A model generated the notes under the pieces. It worked only from the letters and a program-made list of their open reading frames with translations, made no database searches and was not told the DNA's origin. A stretch of DNA of 64,000 bases from Candidatus Spongiisociaceae bacterium (GTDB lineage: Bacteria > Actinomycetota > Acidimicrobiia > Spongiisociales > Spongiisociaceae): positions 4,224,001 to 4,288,000 of the forward strand of contig CBDCOH010000002.1 in assembly GCA_965219685.1 (NCBI GenBank), written 5' to 3'. The translations under genes and the position numbers were made by a program. Below are positions 39,680-49,122 of this stretch, piece after piece; the stretch's first letter is position 1; every line of letters starts with the position of its first letter.

Positions 39680-40545
39680 GCAGGATCGGGGTTCGCAAGA
39701 CCTACAAGCTCTTCGTGGACGGCGGCTTCCCCAGGTCCGAGTCGGGGCGGACCTATCCCGCTCTCGACCACCGGGGGGAGATCATCGCCCGGGTGGCGGC
39801 CGGAACCCGCAAGGACCTCCGGCACGCGGTCCGGTGTGCCCGCCGGGCGCAGGACGCGTGGGCCGGCCGTAGCGGGTACAACCGGGGCCAGATCCTGTAC
39901 CGGATCGCCGAGATGGTGGAGGACCGGGCGGCGACTTTCGCGGCCCACCTCCGGGACACCGGCCTGGGCGGTCCCGCCGCCGACCGGGAGGTGGCTTGTG
40001 CCGTGGACCGTCTCGTATGGTATGCCGGATGGGCCGACAAGTACCAGCAGGTGCTGGGCAACCTCAACCCGGTCTCGGGACCGTTCTTCAACATCTCGAC
40101 GCCGGAGCCGACCGGAGTGGTGGGGGTCATCGCCCCCGAGGAGCCCGCCCTGCTGGGTCTGGTGTCGCGGATCGCTCCGGTCGTCGTGTCGGGCAACACC
40201 GCGGTGGTACTGGTCTCGGAGCGCTGGCCCATTCCAGCTATCACGCTGGCCGAGGCGATGGCCACCGCCGACGTCCCCGGCGGTGTGGTCAACCTGCTCA
40301 CCGGCCCCAAGGCCGCCATGGTCCCCTATCTGGCGTCGCACCTCGATGTCAACGCCGTGGACGCATGCGGGGCCGGCCCCGACATGGTGGCCGGGGTGGA
40401 GGAAGCCGCGGCGGGCGGGGTGAAGCGGGTGGTGCGCCCGCCTGGGGGCGGGCTCGACTGGGCCGACAACCGTGAGGCTCAGAGTCCTTACTTCATCTCG
40501 GCGTTCACCGAGATCAAGACGGTGTGGCATCCCAAGGGCCTCTGA
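39676..40545 (+). CDS. Short aldehyde dehydrogenase-family protein (no catalytic domain)
   Basis: RKTYKLFVDGGFPRSESGR, WYAGWADK, EIKTVWHPKG; 289 aa. Confidence 0.88.
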   Translation: MSRIGVRKTYKLFVDGGFPRSESGRTYPALDHRGEIIARVAAGTRKDLRHAVRCARRAQDAWAGRSGYNRGQILYRIAEMVEDRAATFAAHLRDTGLGGPAADREVACAVDRLVWYAGWADKYQQVLGNLNPVSGPFFNISTPEPTGVVGVIAPEEPALLGLVSRIAPVVVSGNTAVVLVSERWPIPAITLAEAMATADVPGGVVNLLTGPKAAMVPYLASHLDVNAVDACGAGPDMVAGVEEAAAGGVKRVVRPPGGGLDWADNREAQSPYFISAFTEIKTVWHPKGL

Positions 40546-40629
40546 ACAGAGTTGCCTCTCCTGCGAGCGAGTGGTTTCCCGGCGCGAGGCGTTCATGTAC
40601 GGTCCCTACCGGTCCGTCAACACAGACGG

Positions 40630-42954
40630 CTAGGAAAGCTGGAGCGCCCGCGCCAGGAAGGCGGCCATCTGGGCCCGGGTGACGCCGGTGTCGGGGCAGT
40701 AGTGCTGGTTCTCGGCTGAGCAGCCTTGGGTTATGCCGGCTTGGGCGAGCCGGTTGATGTCGTCTTCGTGGGTGGTTCCGTCGTCGTCGGTGAAGAAGTC
40801 GCGGTCGGCTGCGGGCAGTTCCAGTGCTCGGGCGAGGAAGGCGGCCATCTGGGCCCGGGTGACGCCGGTGTCGGGGCAGTAGTGCTGGTTCTCGGCTGAG
40901 CAGCCTTGGGTTATGCCGGCTTGGGCGAGCCGGTTGATGTCGTCTTCGTGGGTGGTTCCGTCGTCGTCGGTGAAGAAGTCGCGGTCGGCTGCGGGCAGTT
41001 CCAGTGCTCGGGCGAGGAAGGTGGCCATCTGTCCTCGCGTCACGCGGCCGTCAGGGCAGTAAAGCGTGTTGGCAGGCGGGTTGCATCCCCTGGTTATGCC
41101 CAAGCGGGCGATGAGTTCGATGCTCGTCCGGTGGGCACTCCCCCTGATATCGGCAAAGGCGAAGCCGCCCGCGTTCAAGGTCTTGACATCGCCGACGAGA
41201 TGCAGAGGGTCGGGTCCGACAGCCTCGTGCGTCAACATGGCGTCGAGGCCGGATGCGAGACCGATGGTCGCCCGGCCGGGATGGATAGAGTTGGCGGGAA
41301 GGCTGATCCCGTCCGTGTCGGAATCCCCCGGTTGCACCGTGTATTCGAAGATCAACCCGGATGTTCCGGAGCCCGTCTTGTAGAGAGCGCCCCTGGGCCC
41401 GTCTCCAAACTGGATCCGGAGGGTCGGCGTGCTTCCCTGCCTTCCGACGACCACCGGGGAATCGAAGGTTGCAGTGACGGTTATGACATCCCCGTTGACG
41501 TACGAGCCCCCGGCGGGGGGTTCGGAAGTGATCGCCACGCCGGTGACGCGTGGGCGGATGGCGGAGATCGCCTGTCGCGCCACCTCCTCCGGCAGGAGGC
41601 AGGACGGCAGGGCCATCAGTACGTCCGGTTCGAATCCGCCGGTGGCGTTCCGGAAGTCGGGGGTTAGCCATCTGAGGGTGGTGAGGTGAAGGACGCCGAG
41701 CAGCGTTCCGTCCGGCTCGAAGTGGTACGAGGTCTGGCCGCTGTTCTTGCCGAAGGTCCGCTGCCCGACCACGGTGGCCCGCTCATGGTCCTTCAGGGCC
41801 CCGGTCACGATCTCCGAGGCGGAGGCACTGTTGCCGTCCACGACCACCACCATGGGGAGAGTCGCCGGATCGGGCGCCACGTCCCTGCCGCGTGCCCGCA
41901 CGGTTTCGACCTCGTCCCTGCCCACCAGGTGCACGATGACGGACAGGTCGGGGAGGAAGACACCCGCGGCGCCGACCGCCGAGTCCACGTACCCGCCCGG
42001 GTTGCCCCGCAGATCCAGGACCAGACCGCTGACGGAACCACCCGTCAGATCTGTCAGCACGTCCGCCAACTCTTCATGTCCTGTCGAACTGAAGACGTCC
42101 AGGCGGAGGTGGCCGATGTCCCCGTCGACCACCCTCCCGCGGGCTACGGGGATGGCGAGGTCCGTCGCGGTCAAGGTGGTCGTGATCGTGTCCTCTCCGC
42201 GCAGCACCGTGACCGTCACCTGCTCGCCCGACTCGAACCTATCCAACTCCGGGACGTCCTGGCACGCCAGGTCGGCCGGGAACGGCTCGCCGAATCGCAC
42301 GAGAACGTCGCCTTCCCGGAGCCCCGCCCGGTGAGCCGGACTCCCCGCATAGACTTCGGCGATGGCCGGTCGGCAGGTGTCCGATACTTCGGAACAAGGC
42401 TCGCCGTCGTCGGCGAGGCCGACGGCCACACCCAGGCCGCTGGTGCCCTTGTTCTCCAGGCTCACCCGGAACCGCCGGTACTGCTCGGTGGTCAGCCAAT
42501 ACGAGTTCCGGTCCAGAGATCGGGCCATTCCCCGGATGGCCTCCTCGACCGCCGCAGCCGTGTCCTCGGCAGCGTCGATGGCGGCGCACAACTCCTCGAA
42601 GTCGGGGGTCGGCAAGGGGCAGGCGGGCGGTTCCCCGGATGTTCGCGCGGCGAGGTCGGCATTCCTGACCCGCTCCGCGGCCGCCTCCGCAAGGTCCCGG
42701 CCCCCCACTTCGTCCACGTAGTCGCTGATGATCAGCTCGTAGGCCGTGCAGAGTATGCGGAACACATCAGGTGCCTCATCGCACGTCACACGACCACCCG
42801 GAGCGGGGTGGTGGTCGGTGTCCCGGTCCGCCTGAGAGGTGGGACGGCTGTCCGGGGGGCCGGAACCCGAAGCCCCGATGGGGGAGGCAACTGCAACTGC
42901 GAGCACCGCTGCGGTCAGCACCAATGCCGAGGCGGTCCGTCCGCGCGCCCTCAC
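40630..42954 (-). CDS. S41 (carboxyl-terminal) protease with PDZ, Ig-like and SLH domains
   Basis: GLGV, GSPAHRAGLREGD, LDLRGNPGG, SASASEI, GQRTFGK; three C-terminal SLH-like repeats. Confidence 0.9.
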   Translation of the reverse strand: MRARGRTASALVLTAAVLAVAVASPIGASGSGPPDSRPTSQADRDTDHHPAPGGRVTCDEAPDVFRILCTAYELIISDYVDEVGGRDLAEAAAERVRNADLAARTSGEPPACPLPTPDFEELCAAIDAAEDTAAAVEEAIRGMARSLDRNSYWLTTEQYRRFRVSLENKGTSGLGVAVGLADDGEPCSEVSDTCRPAIAEVYAGSPAHRAGLREGDVLVRFGEPFPADLACQDVPELDRFESGEQVTVTVLRGEDTITTTLTATDLAIPVARGRVVDGDIGHLRLDVFSSTGHEELADVLTDLTGGSVSGLVLDLRGNPGGYVDSAVGAAGVFLPDLSVIVHLVGRDEVETVRARGRDVAPDPATLPMVVVVDGNSASASEIVTGALKDHERATVVGQRTFGKNSGQTSYHFEPDGTLLGVLHLTTLRWLTPDFRNATGGFEPDVLMALPSCLLPEEVARQAISAIRPRVTGVAITSEPPAGGSYVNGDVITVTATFDSPVVVGRQGSTPTLRIQFGDGPRGALYKTGSGTSGLIFEYTVQPGDSDTDGISLPANSIHPGRATIGLASGLDAMLTHEAVGPDPLHLVGDVKTLNAGGFAFADIRGSAHRTSIELIARLGITRGCNPPANTLYCPDGRVTRGQMATFLARALELPAADRDFFTDDDGTTHEDDINRLAQAGITQGCSAENQHYCPDTGVTRAQMAAFLARALELPAADRDFFTDDDGTTHEDDINRLAQAGITQGCSAENQHYCPDTGVTRAQMAAFLARALQLS
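40655..41021. repeat. Exact 180-bp tandem duplication encoding an SLH repeat
   Basis: Lines starting 40681/40861 and 40741/40921 are identical. Confidence 0.95.
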
Positions 42955-43233
42955 AACAGCCGCGCCGACCTGTCGGGGGCCTTCCTGGATTCCATCTCGG
43001 CACTCCCTCGTCGGGCGGCGAGGATGATAGCCAACCGACCGGTCTACCAGGGCATCTCCAGGGGAGGGCTCCTCCAGGCGGCGGTTCCGGATGCCTGCGG
43101 AGTCGCACGCATCGGCCGGACCGTCCGGCAGGGAAGGACGAGTAGTTCCAGGCCATCCGGCCGGAAGGGATCACCCCGACCATCGGTGGCAGCGACGCAC
43201 AACACAGATTCGACTCGCATACGCCGGTCACCA

Positions 43234-43324
43234 GACACGCGACACGCGACACCCGACGCAACCGGCAACCGGCAACCGGCAACCGGCCCGACACCCGACA
43301 CCCGACACCTGCCACCCGGCATCT
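43234..43324. repeat. Compound heptamer array (GACACGC/GACACCC/GCAACCG)
   Basis: About 12 units between divergent genes. Confidence 0.85.
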
Positions 43325-43382
43325 GGTACGGCGGAGATCCGCATGCCACTCCGTGTCACGGGGGACTGTTAGCTTGTGCAGA

Positions 43383-44297
43383 ATGCAGAACTGCCCGACC
43401 CGAGAGGCGCGGTCTCTGGTACTTCCCCTCAGCCGGCCGCTGGATCTTCGCGCCACCCTGGCGGTGAAGGGTCTGAACGGCCCCTCGCTCAGCGTCCGTC
43501 CGGACGGGTTGTGGAGGTCCACCCGTACCAGCCGCGGGCCTGCCACGGTGTGGATGAGGCTGAGAGGGAGGGAACTCCTGGTCGATGCGTGGGGTGAGGG
43601 CGCCGACCATGCCCTCGAGAGAGTTCCGGCGTGGGTGGGGGAGTTCGACGAGCCTGCGGCGCTGGTTCCGGCCCACGCGGCCGTGCAGCGGGCCGCCCGG
43701 TGCGGCCTAGGTATGAGGATGGCGTCGGTCGGTGGGCTGGTGGAGGTGCTGATCCCGACCATCCTGGCCCAGAAGGTGACCGGCATCGAAGCGGCCCGCA
43801 GCTACCGGCAGTTGGTGGCCCGTTACGGGGATCCGGCCCCCGGACCCGCCGGGCTCCGCCTCCCGCCCGACCCCGCTCGGCTGGCCGCACTCCGGTACTT
43901 CCACTTCCATCCGCTGGGGGTGGAACAACGCAGGGCGGAGACGATAATCCGGGTCTGCCGGGAGGCGGATCGCATTGAGGCGACCGCCGGGCGGGGCCTG
44001 GAGATGGCCTACCGGTTCCTTCATCACCTTCGAGGGATCGGACCCTGGACCAGCGCCTCGGCCTTGATGGTGGCGAGAGGCGATCCCGACGCGGTGCCGG
44101 TAGGTGACTTCCATCTCCCCAACATCGTCGCCTGGGCCCTGGCGGGCGAGCCGAGGGGAACCGACGAGCGGATGTTGGAACTCCTCGCCCCGTACGGGGG
44201 GCAGCGGGGCAGGGTGGTCCGGCTGCTGGAACGGTATGCGGGACGGGCGCCCGCCTACGGTCCCCGGTACGCACCGCGCGACTTCCGGCGGTTCTGA
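43383..44297 (+). CDS. AlkA-like HhH-GPD DNA glycosylase
   Basis: ILAQKVTG, LRGIGPWTS, GDPDAVPVGDFHL. Confidence 0.88.
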   Translation: MQNCPTREARSLVLPLSRPLDLRATLAVKGLNGPSLSVRPDGLWRSTRTSRGPATVWMRLRGRELLVDAWGEGADHALERVPAWVGEFDEPAALVPAHAAVQRAARCGLGMRMASVGGLVEVLIPTILAQKVTGIEAARSYRQLVARYGDPAPGPAGLRLPPDPARLAALRYFHFHPLGVEQRRAETIIRVCREADRIEATAGRGLEMAYRFLHHLRGIGPWTSASALMVARGDPDAVPVGDFHLPNIVAWALAGEPRGTDERMLELLAPYGGQRGRVVRLLERYAGRAPAYGPRYAPRDFRRF

Positions 44298-45163
44298 GCC
44301 TCCCCGTACGCCCACCGCTCCAGCAGGAGATGGATGGCCCAGTTACCCCCGTCCCCCCAGGAGTCGGTGGCGGCCCGCACATCGGGTTCTGGCAGGACCT
44401 CCTCCACGCCGGCCACGTACCGGGAGACCACCTTGCGAACCCCCAGGTCCCCGGCCGCGATCGCGTCCGGCCGGCCCAGGCAACGCGCCAGGAACCACTC
44501 GGCTGTCCACCTGCCCAGGCCTCGGATGGCTGTTATCCGTCGCAGAGCCCGCTCGTTGCTGTCGTGCTGCAGGCCGTCGAGGTCGCCCGCCACCAGGTGC
44601 CGGGCCAGCCCCACGATGTAGGACGACTTGCGGGTGGTGAACTGCATCGCCCGGATGTCGGCCTCGTCCGCGGCGCCCAGCCTCTCGGCGGAGGGGAAGC
44701 GCCAGACAGGGACCCCGTCCAGTTCCAGCGGTTCCCCGTATCTCTCCACCAGGCGGTTCAGAGTGGTGGCGGCCCAGCGCATGTTCACCTGCTGGGAGCA
44801 GATCGACGTGACCAGCACCTCCGCGACCGCCGGGTTGAGCGGTGGCCGGTATCCGGGAGTGCGGCGGAACTGGTCGGCGACCGCCGGAACGCGCTCGGAT
44901 ACGTCGAGCAGGGGTTCGACCGGGAGCGTCTCGCCCAGGCGAAACCGGGACTCCGCGACCGCTAGATCGAGGCTACGAGGGGCGCCGACCTCGACATCGC
45001 CACCGTCCAGTTGGCGGACCCGGTAGGGGATCCCGGCAGTGGTGGTCCTGTACAGGTACTCGCCCGAGACCACGTTCAACAGGTTCGGTCCGTACCGGGT
45101 GTGGCGCGCTATGGATCTGGACAGATCGAGCGGTGACTCGGGGGTCCACCGGGCTACCCTCAC
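44255..45163 (-). CDS. AlkA-like HhH-GPD DNA glycosylase (second)
   Basis: SICSQQV, FPSAERL, IRGLGRWTAE, GRPDAIAAGDLG. Confidence 0.88.
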   Translation of the reverse strand: MRVARWTPESPLDLSRSIARHTRYGPNLLNVVSGEYLYRTTTAGIPYRVRQLDGGDVEVGAPRSLDLAVAESRFRLGETLPVEPLLDVSERVPAVADQFRRTPGYRPPLNPAVAEVLVTSICSQQVNMRWAATTLNRLVERYGEPLELDGVPVWRFPSAERLGAADEADIRAMQFTTRKSSYIVGLARHLVAGDLDGLQHDSNERALRRITAIRGLGRWTAEWFLARCLGRPDAIAAGDLGVRKVVSRYVAGVEEVLPEPDVRAATDSWGDGGNWAIHLLLERWAYGEAQNRRKSRGAYRGP

Positions 45164-45912
45164 GCGTGGCCCAGGAGAGAGGCGGCAGCCTCGTCCACCA
45201 GCCAGGTTACGGGTGCATCTCCGGCCATCAGGAGACGGGCGGGGAGTGGAGCAGGGCCGGTCGGGTACAGGACCTCGGAAAGGGCCACCGCCTTGGAGCC
45301 GCCCGACACCAGCGCGTAGATCCGCCTGGCCCGGTGGACCAGCGGGTAGGTGGCGGTGAGCCTCCAGGCGTGGGCGGCTTCGACCTTGCCGGCGACGTAC
45401 CAGCGATCGGTCACGTCGAGTAGGGGCGAGCCGGGGAACAGCGACAGAGTGTGGCCGTCTCCCCCCATCCCCACCAGGACCAGATCGGGCCGCGGTCCAC
45501 CGGGGTCGTGCGCGATCTCCTCAAGCAACCGCTCCTCGTACAGAGCCGCGGCACGGGTAGGGGAACGTCCCTCCTTCCATGGTACGCGGAGGAAGCGAGC
45601 GCCGGTGCCGTCCAGCAGTTCGCGCCCGATCATGGACCCGTTGCTGTCCCGATGGACGGGCGGTACGTAGCGTTCGTCGCCCACCCACGCGCAGACCCTA
45701 TCCCAGGGCACGTCCATGCCTGCGAGCCGCCGATAGGCCGCCACCGGGGTGGAACCGCCAGCCATCGCCACCGTGACGCGGCGCGAGCCGGGGCGGTTGG
45801 TAGCGTGCTGCCTGATGAACCCGGCGATCCGATCAGACGCAGCGATAGCCAGTTCGTCGGCATCGGCGAAGACCTCGACGTCGGCCGGGCAAGATTCGAG
45901 TCGGTTTGCCAT
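45160..45912 (-). CDS. pgl: 6-phosphogluconolactonase
   Basis: AGGSTP, GDERYVP..H.DSN, GMGGDGHTLSLFPG, RLT. Confidence 0.92.
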   Translation of the reverse strand: MANRLESCPADVEVFADADELAIAASDRIAGFIRQHATNRPGSRRVTVAMAGGSTPVAAYRRLAGMDVPWDRVCAWVGDERYVPPVHRDSNGSMIGRELLDGTGARFLRVPWKEGRSPTRAAALYEERLLEEIAHDPGGPRPDLVLVGMGGDGHTLSLFPGSPLLDVTDRWYVAGKVEAAHAWRLTATYPLVHRARRIYALVSGGSKAVALSEVLYPTGPAPLPARLLMAGDAPVTWLVDEAAASLLGHA

Positions 45913-45959
45913 GGACGGCAGATTACCGGTGGTGTGGGTCTCTCGATCCGGGCAGCGGC

Positions 45960-46616
45960 GTGGCTGAGCGGGTGCCGATAGATTGGTCCGGCGGAACGGT
46001 GTCGGGCCGTTGGGCATGTCCCCGCCGTCCGGCAGGCCGCGCGGTGCTCCTCGCGCACGGCGCCGGTGCCGGCCAGGACCATCCGGGAGTGACTGCCATC
46101 CGTGATGGTCTCGTGGTCAGAGGGCACCCGGTTCTGACTTTCAACTATCCCTATACGGAAGCCGGCCGACGGTTCCCGCCCGACCGCCGCGACGTCCTGC
46201 TGGCGTGCCATCGAGCGGCGGCGGAGTGGCTACGCACCAGGTTCCCCAGCATGGTGATGGCAGGACGTTCGATGGGAGGGCGCATGGCGTCCTACCTGGC
46301 CGCGGCGGGCGAGCCCTGCGACGGCCTGGTGCTCTACGCATATCCCCTCCACCCCTCCGGGAAGCCCGACCGCCTCCGAGCCGACCACCTCCCAGAAGTC
46401 GGGGTCCCGATGCTGTTCTTCACCGGAAGCCGCGATGCGCTGGCACTGCCACATCTCGTGGACCGGTGGCTGGCGCCTCTAGATAGAGCCACCATCGAGA
46501 TCATCCCGGATGCCGACCACTCGTTCCGGGTTCCGAAACGCAGCGGGCGGAGCGGCGAGGAGGTGATCGAGTGGATGGTGGCCAGGACGTCGAAGTGGAT
46601 GGACACACTGGATTAG
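45960..46616 (+). CDS. Alpha/beta hydrolase (KANL3/dienelactone hydrolase-like)
   Basis: LAHGAGAG, GRSMGGR, YPLHP.GKP, GSRD, ADHSF. Confidence 0.88.
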   Translation: MAERVPIDWSGGTVSGRWACPRRPAGRAVLLAHGAGAGQDHPGVTAIRDGLVVRGHPVLTFNYPYTEAGRRFPPDRRDVLLACHRAAAEWLRTRFPSMVMAGRSMGGRMASYLAAAGEPCDGLVLYAYPLHPSGKPDRLRADHLPEVGVPMLFFTGSRDALALPHLVDRWLAPLDRATIEIIPDADHSFRVPKRSGRSGEEVIEWMVARTSKWMDTLD

Positions 46617-46746
46617 TTGTCCGTTGTCCGTTGTCCGTTGTCCGTTGGGACTCTGAACGGTGTCCGATTATCGAGGTAGGTCCGCGTCGCGATGAGCCAT
46701 GTGTAGTAGCCGAGTTCGGGCACCTGGCACCCGGTACCCGGCACCC
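46617..46746. repeat. Two heptamer arrays: (TTGTCCG)4 at 46617-44 and GGCACCC-like x4 at 46719-46
   Basis: Read directly; the first starts immediately after the stop codon. Confidence 0.85.
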
Positions 46747-46782
46747 GCACTATGGTCTGCGGTCTTTGGCACGAGGAGTCTG

Positions 46783-47178
46783 ATGAACGTGGATCAGATG
46801 AACCATTACAAGAGCAAGCTCGACTTCGAGATGGACTCGTGGGATGTCCAGGAGGCGTTGAGCAACGGTGAGCGGCTGGTGGTGGTGGATGGTCGGGCCG
46901 CCGGGGCCTACGCCCGGGAGCACATACCCGGCGCGTTGAGCCTGCCGCACCGAGGCATCGATGCCGAGTCGACGGCTTCGCTGGACCCCTCACGGGTCTA
47001 TGTGTGCTATTGCGACGGGATCGGGTGCAACGCTTCGACCAAGACGGCGTTGAAGCTGCTAATGCTGGGCTTCGAGGTGCGGGAGTTGATCGGTGGCCTC
47101 GATTGGTGGAAGCGCGACGGCTACCCCACCGAGGGTGACAACCCTTCTCTCGGCGAGCAGGTCGTGTGCGGCTGCTGA
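46783..47178 (+). CDS. Rhodanese-like domain protein
   Basis: VVDGR..AYAREHIPGA, YCDGIGCNAS, LIGGLDWW. Confidence 0.88.
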   Translation: MNVDQMNHYKSKLDFEMDSWDVQEALSNGERLVVVDGRAAGAYAREHIPGALSLPHRGIDAESTASLDPSRVYVCYCDGIGCNASTKTALKLLMLGFEVRELIGGLDWWKRDGYPTEGDNPSLGEQVVCGC

Positions 47179-47202
47179 CCCGTCCAGCGTTCGGCTAGGT
47201 CC

Positions 47203-48573
47203 ATGACCTTCGGTCGCGTTCCGGGGGCCTGGTCGGTCCTGCACCTGGTGGGCCTCGCCGTCGCGGTGGTCGTGTTTGCATCCGGGTGCGGCACGGGGGG
47301 TGATGCACCCCAGCCCGCCACTTCAGCCGGATCGGTTGTGTCGGAATCGACGTCGACCGATACAGTCGCCAACGGTCTCGGGTCGGTGAGCGGGGATGCC
47401 CGTTCCCTTGTGGAGAGTTGGCGTCGGGCGGTGTCGGCATCGGCCGGCATCTGGCCGGGTTACGAACTCGCGGCAGTTCCCACGGTGTTGGTCTCGGTTG
47501 ATCCGGAGGGGAACGTCGAGGCGGTTGTAGCCTTCAACCACCCGGACCCGCAGGCGTTGGGCAGTCCCGTCCGCGGGTTCGACATGGACGGCCACCGAGT
47601 GGTGGTTGTCGAAGAAGTGGCCAATCCGGACGAGTTGGCGTCCATGGCGCCCTTCGACTTCTTTGCCGACGTTGGCGGTACCGAGACCTTCGTGTTGGTT
47701 GGCCGATCCGGGGAACCCGGCATGGAACCCGGCACGCCCGAGTTTGTAGCGTTGCTTGCCCACGAGGCATTCCACCGGTACCAGTTCGACCACTGGGTCC
47801 CCGGCACCGCCTTCCAAGATGTAGAGGGCTACGACTTCGGGGCGGAGAATCTTGAGCTGGCGCTCCTTGAGAACCGCATCCTGATCGCCGCCTACGAGGC
47901 GGTCAACGCGGCTGAGACCGAGCGCCTGGCGCGCCAGTTCGCTGGGGTTCGCGCCTTCCGGCACCAACGAGATCCCAGGATCGCTCTCGACGAGCAGCAG
48001 GAGCGTATTGAGGGCTCCGCCCGCTGGATCGAGCACGGCATGGGCGACGCGATCGGGAGCGTCTACACGTCGGCCAACCACACCAGCGAGATAGGCCACC
48101 TCGATGACGGTCTCGATGACCCTGGGGCGGTCATAGGGAGCGTCAAGTCGTTTCTCGGGTTCGGCCGCTTCTACAGCAGCGGAGCCACCCTGCTGGCGCT
48201 GCTCGACCGCCTCCGCGTGGCGAGCCAGGATGTCGCCGAGCGGCTCCGGGCGGGCGACACCCCCGCGCAGTTGTTGGAACAGCGCATCGCACCCCTCGGC
48301 GACAGGGCCGACGTCGTCGGCGCCGCTCGTGCAGAGCACGACCCGCACAGCCGACTCGGCGCAGCCGCGGTGGTTCTAGCCGAACTCGCGGCGGGCGAGG
48401 GAGAGACCGACTTCGGTACCACCGACGTTCTCCCAGAGACATCCACCGGCAGCTTCGAACCCAGCGCCGACCAGATCGCCTGCCTCGAAGACCACGGTCT
48501 CGACCTGAGTGCCGACGCCCTCACAATTCCCGACGAAGTCGCCGGCGCCTGCTTCGACGAGCCAGAGCCCTGA
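47203..48573 (+). CDS. Lipoprotein with HEXXH zinc-metallopeptidase motif
   Basis: Lipobox FASGC; AHEAFHRYQ; downstream EGSA third-ligand candidate. Confidence 0.7.
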   Translation: MTFGRVPGAWSVLHLVGLAVAVVVFASGCGTGGDAPQPATSAGSVVSESTSTDTVANGLGSVSGDARSLVESWRRAVSASAGIWPGYELAAVPTVLVSVDPEGNVEAVVAFNHPDPQALGSPVRGFDMDGHRVVVVEEVANPDELASMAPFDFFADVGGTETFVLVGRSGEPGMEPGTPEFVALLAHEAFHRYQFDHWVPGTAFQDVEGYDFGAENLELALLENRILIAAYEAVNAAETERLARQFAGVRAFRHQRDPRIALDEQQERIEGSARWIEHGMGDAIGSVYTSANHTSEIGHLDDGLDDPGAVIGSVKSFLGFGRFYSSGATLLALLDRLRVASQDVAERLRAGDTPAQLLEQRIAPLGDRADVVGAARAEHDPHSRLGAAAVVLAELAAGEGETDFGTTDVLPETSTGSFEPSADQIACLEDHGLDLSADALTIPDEVAGACFDEPEP

Positions 48574-48707
48574 CCCGTTCACGGATCCGAGATACCATTG
48601 TAACTAGTGCTAATAGCTAATACATAATATAAATAAATCACTTGTTCGGACAGCGGTTACCTCTACAGGAAGGACCACAGAGCCGATCCCAGGCGTTGAG
48701 CCACGCC

Positions 48708-48989
48708 TTAACCCGAACCATCCGATGCTTGCTCAGCGACGTGCCGGTCGAACCAACTGTGAACTTCGGCCACGAATGATCCGGACATCTCCAGTATTGG
48801 TGCCGTATTGTCGCTCCGCCACTTCTCTCTGAAGCCCAGGTCGTAGTCGGTCTTGCCCCGCTGTTCGGCGAGATAGGCCAGGGCCTTGGCTATCTCAGCG
48901 GGGAAGTCCGACCCGAGGACCGCCAACTCCCCGAACCTGCTGATGACACCCGAGTACGTATTGGGATCCCTCTCTCTCGTCGATTCTGA
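48708..48989 (-). pseudogene. 5'-truncated HEPN domain remnant
   Basis: PNTYSGVISRFG...R-GKT-DY resembles the xxTHxG...R-x3-DY HEPN pattern; upstream in-frame stop and no N-terminal half. Confidence 0.55.
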
Positions 48990-49122
48990 TCAGATCCCTT
49001 GGGACTACTCGTCTATACGAGGACACGGGTACCTATCAGTGACCCCCTACCGCCACGGCGGCGACCTACGGTCACGAATCGGCCGCCGACTGACGCTTCG
49101 CGACATGCCCTGAATCCTTCTT

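Noticed and set aside
47176-47202. UGA read-through fusing the rhodanese (…CGC-UGA) in frame to the next lipoprotein
   Set aside because: A terminal CxC is a plausible natural end, the downstream gene has its own signal peptide, and no clear SECIS is present.
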